64,000 nt of DNA, from the NCBI GenBank assembly GCA_045594045.1, contig JAZNXV010000034.1:1075-65074 (forward strand). Direction: 5' to 3'. The position numbers and the translations under genes are program-made. The notes below the pieces were generated by a model, which saw only the letters and a list, made by a program, of their open reading frames with translations, was not told the DNA's origin and ran no database searches. Every line of letters begins with the position of its first letter. The stretch's first letter is position 1. This document shows, piece by piece, positions 45,996 to 55,050 of the stretch. Origin of the DNA: Clostridia bacterium. Its GTDB lineage: Bacteria > Bacillota > Clostridia > Christensenellales > QALW01.

Positions 45996-46970
45996 ATGAT
46001 AAATACTTTATCACTTTTTATTTCGGTTTTTTCGCTGTTTTGTTTTATGATTCCCGGCTTTATTCTGCGTAAAACAAAGCTTATTGATGAAAAGTTTTCT
46101 AAAGCATTATCGGTTTTAACTATATACGTTGCCCAAGGCGCTATGTTTTTACACAGCTTTATTATGCCCTTTGATTCAACTGTTTTTAACGGTGTTTGCG
46201 CAACCTTTATAATCTCATTTTTTGTGCACGCCGCGTTTTATCTTATAGCAGGTCAGTTGTTTAAAAAATCGCCCGAAGCCATAAAAAGAGTTTTGCGCTT
46301 TGCGCTTATCTTTTCTAATGCAGGGTATATGGGTATTCCTGTAATTAGCGACGTTTTGGGTGCGCAGTTTACAATTTACGTATCAATATATATCATTTGG
46401 TTTAACGTGTTTGCTTATTCTGCGGGCAGATATATTTACACTGAAGATAAAAAATATATGTCAATTAAGGAAGCTATAGTTAACCCAGCGGTAATACCTA
46501 TTATTATAGGGCTAATTGTATATTTGACGGGTCTTGGCGGTGTGATAATCGATTTTATAAAAACACCCACATTCGCAGGTTCGTTGGCGAATGCGGCATA
46601 TGGGGTATTAACAGCACTTAAAAATCTTGTTTCACCCCTTACGATGCTCGTAGTTGGTATGCGCCTTGCTGATATTTCTGTAAAAGATATTTTTGCTGAT
46701 AAATACACGTACTTTTATTTACTGTTAAGGCTTTTTGCATTTCCCGCACTTGTATGGGCGGTATTGCGTGCCATTAGCTTGTTTGGAATAATTGACCAAA
46801 CGGTTTTGGCTGTAACACTTATCGTGGCTTCAACGCCTGCCGCCGCAATGACAATAATGTTTACCGAAATTTACGGTGGTGATTCTCATTATGCAGGTAA
46901 GCTTGTAGCAGTAAGCACAGCGCTTTCTGTTGTTTCGATGCCAATAGTGGCTCTGTTACTCTATATTTAA
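45996..46970 (+). CDS. AEC-family (auxin efflux carrier / malate permease-like) transporter
   Basis: The 324-aa protein has about 10 TM helices and a two-halves architecture typical of the AEC family. Confidence 0.7.
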   Translation: MINTLSLFISVFSLFCFMIPGFILRKTKLIDEKFSKALSVLTIYVAQGAMFLHSFIMPFDSTVFNGVCATFIISFFVHAAFYLIAGQLFKKSPEAIKRVLRFALIFSNAGYMGIPVISDVLGAQFTIYVSIYIIWFNVFAYSAGRYIYTEDKKYMSIKEAIVNPAVIPIIIGLIVYLTGLGGVIIDFIKTPTFAGSLANAAYGVLTALKNLVSPLTMLVVGMRLADISVKDIFADKYTYFYLLLRLFAFPALVWAVLRAISLFGIIDQTVLAVTLIVASTPAAAMTIMFTEIYGGDSHYAGKLVAVSTALSVVSMPIVALLLYI

Positions 46971-46979
46971 TTGTTTTAA

Positions 46980-47008
46980 TTGACAAAATTATGTTTCTAC
47001 AATAGAAT
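46980..47008 (+). promoter_or_regulatory. sigma-A-type promoter of tRNA-Arg
   Basis: TTGACA (46980-85), a 17-nt spacer, then TAGAAT (47003-08). Confidence 0.6.
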
Positions 47009-47031
47009 ACTTACATAAAAGTTAAAACAAT

Positions 47032-47106
47032 GCTTCCTTAGTTAAATGGATATAACAAGCCCCTCCTAAGGGCTAGTTGTGGGTTCGATTCCCGCAGGGA
47101 GTACCA
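47032..47106 (+). tRNA. tRNA-Arg (anticodon CCT), CCA encoded
   Basis: Folded by hand. Acceptor GCTTCCT/AGGGAGT (two G-U pairs), D arm GTTA/TAAC and anticodon stem AGCCC/GGGCT with loop CTCCTAA. T arm GTGGG-TTCGATT-CCCGC. Confidence 0.85.
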
Positions 47107-47114
47107 AACGAAAA

Positions 47115-47144
47115 TCCGTTCACGAAAGTGAGCGGAGTTTTTTG
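47115..47144 (+). terminator. intrinsic terminator
   Basis: TCCGTTCAC-GAAA-GTGAGCGGA followed by GTTTTTTG. Confidence 0.8.
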
Positions 47145-47277
47145 TTTGTATTAGTCACTATTCGTTATTCATTAAACGAAAACGGATTTTCAAATGAAAA
47201 ATGAAGTCGCACGGCTAATGAATAATTATTGCATTTTTATTGCCGCTATGTTATAATACATCCAAGGCGGTGATTGA

Positions 47278-47706
47278 ATGAAAAAAATATTAACTTTACT
47301 ATTTGTGTTTGCTTTAGCTATATCTGTTTGCGGTTGTGGTATTTTGACAACAGAACAAGGTCCGTCTGCTACACCAACAGAACTCGCTATGCCAACGGAA
47401 CTCGCTACACCAACAACACCAACAACACCAACAGAACTTCCTACACCAACGAATACGCCTTCGGGAAATTCAAAAATTACCGAGGAGGAAGCTATTGAAA
47501 TTGCGTCACAGTATTGGGGCATTAAAACCGGAGATATAGACGAATTAACGGGCTTTAGATTTCTCATTATGCCGGTGGATAGTTCAAACGATAATATTAA
47601 AATAGCACTTCAATGGTTTGTTGATAATCACCACTATTCAACTGTTGACTTTGTTGAAATTGACCCCTATACAGGCGAAATTGTAGGCGGTAACCTTGAA
47701 GAGTAG
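47278..47706 (+). CDS. lipoprotein with Pro/Thr-rich linker and PepSY-like C-terminal domain
   Basis: Lipobox LAISVCGC, linker PTELAMPTELATPTTPTTPTELPTPTNTP, then ITEEEAIEIASQYWGIK... Confidence 0.75.
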   Translation: MKKILTLLFVFALAISVCGCGILTTEQGPSATPTELAMPTELATPTTPTTPTELPTPTNTPSGNSKITEEEAIEIASQYWGIKTGDIDELTGFRFLIMPVDSSNDNIKIALQWFVDNHHYSTVDFVEIDPYTGEIVGGNLEE

Positions 47707-47802
47707 CATACTTGACAAGGAAATAACAAACATTTGGATGTTTTATAAAAAATACAGATAATTAGCTTTTTGAACTTGTTTCATTTAGTGCTTCGTGAAC
47801 AG

Positions 47803-47832
47803 AAAAAAGACGGTTTTTACCGTCTTTTTTTT
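47803..47832. terminator. bidirectional intrinsic terminator
   Basis: AAAAAAGACGG-TTTTTA-CCGTCTTTTTTTT. Confidence 0.8.
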
Positions 47833-47859
47833 ATATCGTATTATAAATCTTATAAGCAA

Positions 47860-48702
47860 TCAATTATCATTTTCGGCAGCAATAAAAATGTATCCAAAGG
47901 CGTTGGGACCCCAATGACAAGCTATGGCAGGGTCAAGATTGTCAAACTCGTCCATAATGGGCGCATAACGCTCGTCGGTCATTGAAATAAGCTGTTCGAG
48001 ATTTTTTTCATCAAATGTATAGGAAGGAATAATCTTGTGGTCAAAATCACACTTTGTAGCATCTAAATAGTCGACAAGTGCCTGCATTGCGCGTCTTTTG
48101 CCGATGGCTTTTCCTATAACCTCAACCTTACCTGAATGACTGTTGAGCGAAATTAACGGTTTAATATGTGCAATACTTCCCGCAATCCAGGCAGAACGGC
48201 TCAAACGGCCACCCTTTTGAAGATAATCAAGAGTTTCGGGTATAGCGATAACTCTTATACGGGGAATAAGCGAAGCAATTTTCTCTTCTACAAAATCAAG
48301 GTCCTTATCAACGTGCTTTAAAGCTTCATATACGAGTAATCTTATACCGCCTACGGCAGATTTTGTATCAATAACACGAACGTTTTTTTCTTCGTTAAAA
48401 AGCATTTTTAAGGTGTTATACGTACCTGAAATACCTGATGAAATTGCTAAAATTATAACCTGGTCGCCGTTATCTAAATATTTTTGAACCCTGCATCTCG
48501 CTTCCTCAAGGCAGGGGAGCGATGTTTGAGGGAAGAGTCCTTTATTTATAAGGGCATCGTAAAACGTGTCGAAGGATAGATCTACTCCGTCACAGTATTC
48601 TTTATCACCGAGAATAATTTTAAGCGGAAGAATTTCCACGCCTAAGCTTTCTTTTTCACAGGACTTTATGCTGCTTCCTGAATCTACAAAAATTTTAATC
48701 AT
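47860..48702 (-). CDS. DegV-family fatty-acid-binding protein
   Basis: MIKIFVDSGSSI... The 280-aa length and overall pattern fit the DegV family. Confidence 0.85.
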   Translation of the reverse strand: MIKIFVDSGSSIKSCEKESLGVEILPLKIILGDKEYCDGVDLSFDTFYDALINKGLFPQTSLPCLEEARCRVQKYLDNGDQVIILAISSGISGTYNTLKMLFNEEKNVRVIDTKSAVGGIRLLVYEALKHVDKDLDFVEEKIASLIPRIRVIAIPETLDYLQKGGRLSRSAWIAGSIAHIKPLISLNSHSGKVEVIGKAIGKRRAMQALVDYLDATKCDFDHKIIPSYTFDEKNLEQLISMTDERYAPIMDEFDNLDPAIACHWGPNAFGYIFIAAENDN

Positions 48703-48723
48703 AGTGTTCGCTTTCTTTCTAAA

Positions 48724-49182
48724 TTACTCTTCATTATTATTAGCTTTAGTACTGAGTTCATTAAGCTTTTGTGTTATTTTATCTAAAATTGAATAAAAAA
48801 TTTCGCGGTCATCGTCGGATATTTCGCGACCTGCAAATTCAACAGCGCGGCTTGCACAGTCTTGCACGTTGTTTGCCGCATCAAAACCCTCTTTAGTTAA
48901 AAAAAGCAGAGTGCGGTAGTGTACATTATTAATATCGTCCTTGTAAATCAAGCCTTTTGCTTCCAAATTAGATAACATTCGGGATACGTCGGCCTTATCC
49001 TTACCGCATATGTCGGAAAGCTCTGCGGCGGTTATTCCGTCTGTGCGCCGAAGCATTGTAATAAGTATGGTTGCGCAAGCACCTTTTAAACCATATTTTT
49101 TCATTTCGGCAGAAGCAATTTTTCTCCAACACCGAGAAATTTCCAAAATATCGTACGTGAATTTTGTAAAACGGCTTATCAA
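48724..49182 (-). CDS. MarR-family transcriptional regulator
   Basis: The winged-helix region reads ITAAELSDICGKDKADVSRMLSNLEAKGLI. The start is assigned to TTG 49182 behind GAGGTG. The ORF-track extension to 49272 covers the operator palindromes. Confidence 0.75.
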   Translation of the reverse strand: MISRFTKFTYDILEISRCWRKIASAEMKKYGLKGACATILITMLRRTDGITAAELSDICGKDKADVSRMLSNLEAKGLIYKDDINNVHYRTLLFLTKEGFDAANNVQDCASRAVEFAGREISDDDREIFYSILDKITQKLNELSTKANNNEE

Positions 49183-49200
49183 AAAAAACACCTCACAACT

Positions 49201-49260
49201 AACTTGTTGATTTGTCAACAAGTTTATTGTACGGCAGAGTTGTTGTTTTGTCAACAAGTT
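49201..49260. promoter_or_regulatory. two palindromic operator-like sites upstream of marR
   Basis: AACTTGTTGA-tttg-TCAACAAGTT (49201-24) is a perfect 10-bp inverted repeat. A second, half-degenerate copy GAGTTGTTGttttgTCAACAAGTT lies at 49238-60. Confidence 0.55.
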
Positions 49261-49267
49261 TTTGAAA

Positions 49268-49307
49268 AACAAAAAACCCTTTTACCTGATAAGCTCAAGT
49301 AAAAGGG
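49268..49307 (-). terminator. intrinsic terminator of the aryl-acid operon
   Basis: The minus strand reads CCCTTTTAC...GTAAAAGGG followed by TTTTTTG. Confidence 0.8.
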
Positions 49308-49360
49308 CATAAATAAAGAAAATAAAAAGTTTGTAAAGCGAATATTTAATTTAAAATTTT

Positions 49361-49435
49361 CTTCCGAGAGAAGCTCAACGTTGTTTTCCACAATTAAATA
49401 TTGCCTTCGGAGAGAAGCTCAACGTTGTTTGCCAA
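49361..49435. repeat. 44-bp-offset tandem duplication spanning the 3' end of the ACT gene
   Basis: GAGAGAAGCTCAACGTTGTTT occurs at 49366-86 and again at 49410-30, with related flanks. The second copy encodes the gene's C-terminus and the first lies just past the stop. Confidence 0.8.
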
Positions 49436-49816
49436 AAGAATTTTTTCAGCCTTTTTTTCGTCACCGGTACGAACAACTGCATAGGCTTTATCAACGCTTG
49501 TGGTAACAAGGGCATACATATATATCAAATCAATATTGTTAGCTTCTAATATGCTAAGCACCTTTGCAAGCCCACCGGGCTGGTCGGGAACGGCAAAAGC
49601 AGTAACGTCTGTAATTTTGGCTGTATGTCCTGCGTTGGTAAGCAATTCCTTTGCCTTTTCGGGATCGTTGGCGATAATACGTACAATGCCGTATTCGCTT
49701 GAATCGGCAATGCACATTGAACGCAGGTCAATGTTACCCTTGGCAAGTACGTCGGTAATTTCGTGAAGAGTACCTTGTTTGTTTTCTAAAAAAACGGAAA
49801 GCTGTCTGATAGCCAT
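49394..49816 (-). CDS. ACT-domain protein (tandem ACT)
   Basis: MAIRQLSVFLENKQGTLHEITDVLAKGNIDLRSM... plus a second ACT-like half. This is the usual companion of PaaK-type ligases. Confidence 0.8.
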   Translation of the reverse strand: MAIRQLSVFLENKQGTLHEITDVLAKGNIDLRSMCIADSSEYGIVRIIANDPEKAKELLTNAGHTAKITDVTAFAVPDQPGGLAKVLSILEANNIDLIYMYALVTTSVDKAYAVVRTGDEKKAEKILLANNVELLSEGNI

Positions 49817-49832
49817 AATAATTCCTCCTTAA

Positions 49833-51146
49833 TTAATCGTGAAGCTTGCGTTCGTCAATAATACGAACCGCCTTGCCTTCGCTGCGGGCAATAGTTTTAG
49901 GCGGTACAAGATGTACTGCAGGACCGATGCCGAGCATATTGCGCAATGCATTTTTAAGTGAAGCTTCTTTAGCGGCAATAGTTTTAACGGAATCGTCAAA
50001 TTGCTCGGGGGGAAGCTCAACGTAAACGTCAAAGGTATCGTTGTTATTAACTCTTGAAAGCTTAATCTGATAGTTGGGGGAGAAGCCCTCGGTAAGAAGA
50101 ACTGCTTCAATCTGTGAGGGGAATACGTTAACACCGCGAATAATCATCATATCGTCGCTTCTGCCCATAGGCTTGCTCATACGGATATGAGTTCTGCCGC
50201 AAGAGCAGGGCTTGCGTGAAAGCACGCAAATATCTCTTGTGCGATAGCGTAAAAGCGGGAAAGCTTCTTTATCAAGGCAGGTAAATACTAATTCGCCCTT
50301 TTCGCCCTCGGGAAGAGGCTCACCCGTTTCGGGATTGATGATTTCGGCAATGAAGTGGTCCTCGTTAACGTGCATGCCGCCCTGCTCGGAGCATTCAAAG
50401 GAAACGCCGGGGCCTGAAATTTCTGTTAAGCCGTAAATATCGTAAGCCTTGATGCCTAATGTTTTTTCGATGTTTTCACGAATCTCTTGGGTCCAAGGCT
50501 CTGCACCGAAGATACCTGCTTTAAGCGGAATGGTTTCGGGTGTGTAACCCTGCTCCTTTAAGGATTCGCCTAAATAGGCGGCGTAGGAGGGGGTACAGCA
50601 AAGAACTGTTGATTTAAGGTCAATCATAAACTGAATTTGACGCTCTGTGTTACCTGAAGACATAGGAATTGTTAAGCTTCCAACCTTATGGGAGCCACCG
50701 TTAAGACCGGGACCACCGGTGAACAAGCCGTAGCCGTAGCTTACGTGCACAACGTCGTCCTTGTCGGCACCTGCGGCGATTAAAGCTCTTGCACAGCAAT
50801 CTTCCCAAAGGTCGATATCGTGCTGTGTATAATATGCTATAACACGCTTACCCGTTGTGCCTGAGGTGGATTGAATACGAACACAGTCTTCGAGCGGAAC
50901 AGCTAACATTCCGTAGGGGTAGGTTTCTCTTAAATCTGATTTTTCGATAAAAGGAAGCTTGTGCAAATCTTCAATACCGTGGATATCTTCGGGCTTAACG
51001 CCTTTTTTATCCATAAGCGCGCGGTAATAAGGAACGTTTGCATAAACGTGTTGTACCTGCTTAACAAGCTTTTCCGATTGAAGCTTCTTAATTTCTTCTA
51101 CAGGCATGGTTTCGATTTCCGGCTGAAAGTATTTTCTTTTTTCCAT
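49833..51146 (-). CDS. paaK: phenylacetate-CoA ligase family protein (PaaK-like)
   Basis: AMP-binding P-loop IQSTSGTTGKRVI. The 437-aa length and the C-terminal VHLVPPKTIARSEGKAVRIID are typical of PaaK. Confidence 0.85.
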   Translation of the reverse strand: MEKRKYFQPEIETMPVEEIKKLQSEKLVKQVQHVYANVPYYRALMDKKGVKPEDIHGIEDLHKLPFIEKSDLRETYPYGMLAVPLEDCVRIQSTSGTTGKRVIAYYTQHDIDLWEDCCARALIAAGADKDDVVHVSYGYGLFTGGPGLNGGSHKVGSLTIPMSSGNTERQIQFMIDLKSTVLCCTPSYAAYLGESLKEQGYTPETIPLKAGIFGAEPWTQEIRENIEKTLGIKAYDIYGLTEISGPGVSFECSEQGGMHVNEDHFIAEIINPETGEPLPEGEKGELVFTCLDKEAFPLLRYRTRDICVLSRKPCSCGRTHIRMSKPMGRSDDMMIIRGVNVFPSQIEAVLLTEGFSPNYQIKLSRVNNNDTFDVYVELPPEQFDDSVKTIAAKEASLKNALRNMLGIGPAVHLVPPKTIARSEGKAVRIIDERKLHD

Positions 51147-51186
51147 AGCAGTGATTTCCTTTCTTTAATTTAACTGAAATTTATTT

Positions 51187-51756
51187 TTATGCTCTGCCAA
51201 GCTTGAATGCTTTAATATTCATTTCATTAAATTTAGGTGCAACTGTTTGTTCGATAGCTTCAAGCCATTTTTCTTCCGGAATAGAAAGATATTTTGAAAG
51301 CTTACCCATAAGCACGATATTTACAGCCTTTGAACTGCCTGCTTCAAGTGCGGGGGAAAGTGCATCAACACATTCTATATCAACACCCTTGTTCTGAAGC
51401 TGCTCAATAACATCGTGAGGATATTCAGCGGCACCTGTTATAACGGGCATAGGGTCAATTTCTTGAGAATTAACAATGATTTTACCGTTCTTTGCCAAAT
51501 AAGAAACGTATCTTGCGGCTTCGAGCTTTTCAAAGGAAACAATGAAATCAGCTTCGCCTTTATCAATAATAGGTGAATATACCTTTTTTCCTGCACGTAC
51601 GTAAGTTACAACGCTTCCGCCGCGCTGACTCATACCGTGAACTTCGGATACCTTAACGTCCAAACCTCCGTTTACTAAAAGCTTGCCTAAAAGCTTACTT
51701 GCAAGCAGTGAACCTTGACCACCTACTCCAACAATCATAATATTTAACTTTTCCAT
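51187..51756 (-). CDS. iorB: indolepyruvate:ferredoxin oxidoreductase subunit beta
   Basis: MEKLNIMIVGVGGQGSLLASK... The ATG at 51756 overlaps the iorA stop by 1 nt. Confidence 0.85.
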   Translation of the reverse strand: MEKLNIMIVGVGGQGSLLASKLLGKLLVNGGLDVKVSEVHGMSQRGGSVVTYVRAGKKVYSPIIDKGEADFIVSFEKLEAARYVSYLAKNGKIIVNSQEIDPMPVITGAAEYPHDVIEQLQNKGVDIECVDALSPALEAGSSKAVNIVLMGKLSKYLSIPEEKWLEAIEQTVAPKFNEMNIKAFKLGRA

Positions 51757-53492
51757 TAGTTTTCGCCTCCTATTGCGCCAAATGCGCACATTTGCTCGCA
51801 AACACCACAGCCTACGCAAAGAGTTTCGTCAATAACTGCTTTAGAATTTTTAAAGCTTATAGCAGGGCAACCGATTTTCATACAAGCTCTGCAGCTACGG
51901 CATTTTTCAGCATCAATTTTAAGTGATGGTTTTGCTTTTACATATTTAAGTAAGGCACAAGGTCTGCGCGAAATGATAACGGAGGGTTCATCTATTGCGG
52001 TTTCTTCCTTAATAACGGCTTCTGTGGCTTTTAAGTCGTAAGGGTCAACTACACGAACACGGTTAATGCCAAGAGCCTTGCAAAGTGCCTCTAAATCGAT
52101 TTTAGTAGCAGGTTCGCCTTTTATGTTATATCCTGTTGTGGGGTTTTGCTGATGGCCTGTCATACCTGTAATAGAGTTATCAACGATAATTACTGTTGAA
52201 TTTGTATTGTTATATGCAATATTGGCGAGTCCCGTCATACCTGAATGCATAAAGGTGGAATCACCGATAACACAAACTGTTTTGTTTGCAGACGCGTTAT
52301 TATCAGCCTTATTAAAACCGTGAATACCAGATACAGATGCGCCCATACAAAGCACGGAGTCTACTGCGTTAAGGGGTGCGGCTGAGCCTAAGGTGTAACA
52401 GCCGATATCTGCTAAAACAGTATATTTGTTCTTAGATAAAACGTAGAACAAGCCTCTGTGAGGACAGCCCGCGCACATAACCGGGGGGCGTACGGGAATT
52501 GCGCTTTCGCTTGAGGTAAAGGCTTTGCCTTCGATACCGAAAGCATCGGCAATAAGCTTTTGAGAAAATTCACCGCAAATGGGGAAAATGTTTTTGCCTT
52601 CTACGTTAAGCCCCATAGCTTTGCAATGGGTTTCAATAACGGGGTCAAGCTCTTCGATAACAACAAGGCGATTAACCTTTGATGCAAAGTTTTTAATTAA
52701 ATCAACAGGAAGAGGATTTACAAGACCTAATTTTAAAACAGAAGCGGTGTTGCCAAAAACTTCTTTAACGTAGTCGTAACAGGTACCAGAGGTAATAATA
52801 CCTAAATCATTATTATCAGCAAGTTCTATGCGATTTAATTCTGAAGTTTCAGCAAAAGCTATTAAATCAGCCATACGCTTTTCAACAATAGGATGGCGGC
52901 GAATTGCATTGGCAGGTGCCATAATAAATTTCTGAGGATTCTTTTCATAAGGTTTCTTTTTAAATGCAATAGGCTCGTTTAATTCTACCGCGCATTGTGA
53001 GTGTGCAATACGGGTGCACATTCTTAAAAGCACGGGTGTGTCAAATTTTTCTGAAAGCTCAAAGGCTAATTTTGCAAATTCTTTTGCTTCGGAAGAATCG
53101 GCGGGCTCAAGCATAGGCAATTTTGCACCGATTGCATAGTGGCGGGAGTCCTGCTCATTTTGTGAAGAGTGCATACCGGGGTCATCAGCAACACAAATAA
53201 CTAAACCACCGTTTACACCTGTATATGAAAGAGTAAATAACGGGTCAGCCGCAACGTTAAGACCAACGTGTTTCATACAGCAAGCTGTTCTTGCTCCTGC
53301 CAAGGAAGCGCCAAAGGCTACTTCGCAAGCAACCTTTTCGTTGGGAGCCCATTCACAGTAAATTTCGTCATATTTAGCGGCATATTCCGTAATTTCTGTT
53401 GAAGGAGTACCGGGATAACTTGAAACGACACTGCAACCTGCTTCTAAAAAACCGCGGGCAACAGCTTCGTTACCTAACATAAGCTTTTTCAT
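51756..53492 (-). CDS. iorA: indolepyruvate:ferredoxin oxidoreductase subunit alpha
   Basis: TPP motif GDSTFMHSG and two ferredoxin-type clusters, CRSCRACMKIGCP and CVGCGVCEQMC. Confidence 0.9.
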   Translation of the reverse strand: MKKLMLGNEAVARGFLEAGCSVVSSYPGTPSTEITEYAAKYDEIYCEWAPNEKVACEVAFGASLAGARTACCMKHVGLNVAADPLFTLSYTGVNGGLVICVADDPGMHSSQNEQDSRHYAIGAKLPMLEPADSSEAKEFAKLAFELSEKFDTPVLLRMCTRIAHSQCAVELNEPIAFKKKPYEKNPQKFIMAPANAIRRHPIVEKRMADLIAFAETSELNRIELADNNDLGIITSGTCYDYVKEVFGNTASVLKLGLVNPLPVDLIKNFASKVNRLVVIEELDPVIETHCKAMGLNVEGKNIFPICGEFSQKLIADAFGIEGKAFTSSESAIPVRPPVMCAGCPHRGLFYVLSKNKYTVLADIGCYTLGSAAPLNAVDSVLCMGASVSGIHGFNKADNNASANKTVCVIGDSTFMHSGMTGLANIAYNNTNSTVIIVDNSITGMTGHQQNPTTGYNIKGEPATKIDLEALCKALGINRVRVVDPYDLKATEAVIKEETAIDEPSVIISRRPCALLKYVKAKPSLKIDAEKCRSCRACMKIGCPAISFKNSKAVIDETLCVGCGVCEQMCAFGAIGGEN

Positions 53493-53508
53493 TGAAATAC
53501 CACCTAAA

Positions 53509-55035
53509 TTAAAGATTTTTGTTTTTATAACAACTGAAAATTTCGTCTGTAGCTTCAGTTGATTGTTTCTTTGTAAAGATACTTACCAGAGGCACGATAA
53601 TTAAGTTGAGCAACATTGTAAATGCGCCTGAATAAAGTGAATTTTTGAAAATAAAGTTCAAAACGTCTGACGAAAATACAAGAACCTTTGTTGAAACCAA
53701 TAATTGAACAGTCATTAAGCCTACACCTAATACAAAAGAAACCCAAACGGCAGCTTTTGTAGTCTTTTTGCAGTAAAGACCGTATAAGAAAGGTGCAAGG
53801 AATGAGCCTGCCAGCGCGCCCCAGGAAACACCCATCATTTGAGCAATAAATACAAAGTCAGCCCAAACGGTGTCTTTTAAAATGGCGAGGACAGCAGAAA
53901 CTAAAATAAAGAATACAATAAATGCCCGCATTATAAAGAGCTTTTTCTTTTCACTCAGTTCTTTCTTGTTAGCAGGAACAATAACGTCTAAAGTTAAAGT
54001 AGAAGAAGACGTTAACACAAGAGAAGAAAGCGTTGACATTGATGCTGATAAAACGAGAACAATAACTATTGCAACTATATAAGGAGATAAGTTAGAAAGC
54101 ATTTGAGGTATTATGTAGTCATAGCCATTGGACGCGACGTCACTTTGGCTAACGAACAGTCTGCCAAAACCTCCGAGGAAATAACAGCCACCGGCAACGA
54201 TAACTGCAAAAACTGTTGAAATTATTGTACCCTTTTTAATTGCGGCTTCATTTTTAATGGCATAGAATTTACCAACCATTTGAGGAAGACCCCAAGTGCC
54301 AAGGGAAGTAAGAAGCACAACGGAGATAAGTGATACGGGGTCAGGACCGCCAAGAGAAACAAAATCACCGTTATTAAAAGCAGAAAGCAAATTGATTGAT
54401 TCGCCAAGACCGCCGTGGTAATTAAGGGTTGCGATAACAACAACCACGATACCTACAAGCATTATCAAGCCTTGAATAAAATCATTAATGGCAGTTGCCA
54501 TATATCCGCCAAAAACCACGTAAACGCCTGTTAAAACTGCCATTACTAAAATGCATGCCCAATAAGGCACGTCAAAAGCAATACCAAACAAGCTTGAAAG
54601 GCCGTTGTAAAGGGAAGCGGTGTAGGGAATCAAAAATACAAAAATAATAATTGATGCCGCAATTTTTAAAGCATTTGAGGAATAGCGCTTTTGAAAAAAG
54701 TCGGGCATAGTTTTGGAGTTTAGGTGTTGGGTCATAATTCTTGTGCGCTTGCCTAAAATAAGCCACGCAAGAAGCGAGCCGATAAAGGCGTTACCCAGGC
54801 CTATCCAAGTAGATGCGATACCAAAGTTCCAACCAAACTGACCTGCATACCCTACAAAGATAACTGCAGAGAAATAAGAAGTACCAAAGGCAAAGGCTGT
54901 AAGCCAGGGACCTACGGCTCTGCCGCCTAAAACAAAGCTGTCAACGTTAGTTGCAGATTTGCGGCAATATAAACCTACACCAACCATAAGTGCGAAGAAA
55001 CATACGATAAGCGCAACAGAAAAAAACACAGTCAT
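53509..55035 (-). CDS. sodium:solute symporter (SSS) family transporter
   Basis: The 508-aa protein has about 13 TM helices and a PutP/PanF-like organisation. Confidence 0.8.
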   Translation of the reverse strand: MTVFFSVALIVCFFALMVGVGLYCRKSATNVDSFVLGGRAVGPWLTAFAFGTSYFSAVIFVGYAGQFGWNFGIASTWIGLGNAFIGSLLAWLILGKRTRIMTQHLNSKTMPDFFQKRYSSNALKIAASIIIFVFLIPYTASLYNGLSSLFGIAFDVPYWACILVMAVLTGVYVVFGGYMATAINDFIQGLIMLVGIVVVVIATLNYHGGLGESINLLSAFNNGDFVSLGGPDPVSLISVVLLTSLGTWGLPQMVGKFYAIKNEAAIKKGTIISTVFAVIVAGGCYFLGGFGRLFVSQSDVASNGYDYIIPQMLSNLSPYIVAIVIVLVLSASMSTLSSLVLTSSSTLTLDVIVPANKKELSEKKKLFIMRAFIVFFILVSAVLAILKDTVWADFVFIAQMMGVSWGALAGSFLAPFLYGLYCKKTTKAAVWVSFVLGVGLMTVQLLVSTKVLVFSSDVLNFIFKNSLYSGAFTMLLNLIIVPLVSIFTKKQSTEATDEIFSCYKNKNL

Positions 55036-55050
55036 AACGTAAAAATCTCC

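Noticed and set aside
45875-47106. Two tRNA genes flanking the AEC transporter considered as integration sites of a genomic island.
   Set aside because: There is no integrase, no direct repeat of a tRNA 3' end, and no compositional break that I can see. Each tRNA has its own promoter and terminator.
47360-47460. Short tandem DNA repeats (ACACCAACA / GAACTCGCT units) considered as a possible CRISPR-like or VNTR array.
   Set aside because: They are in frame within the lipoprotein gene and encode a Pro/Thr-rich linker (PTELAMPTELATPTTPTTPTELPTPT). There is no spacer/repeat architecture.
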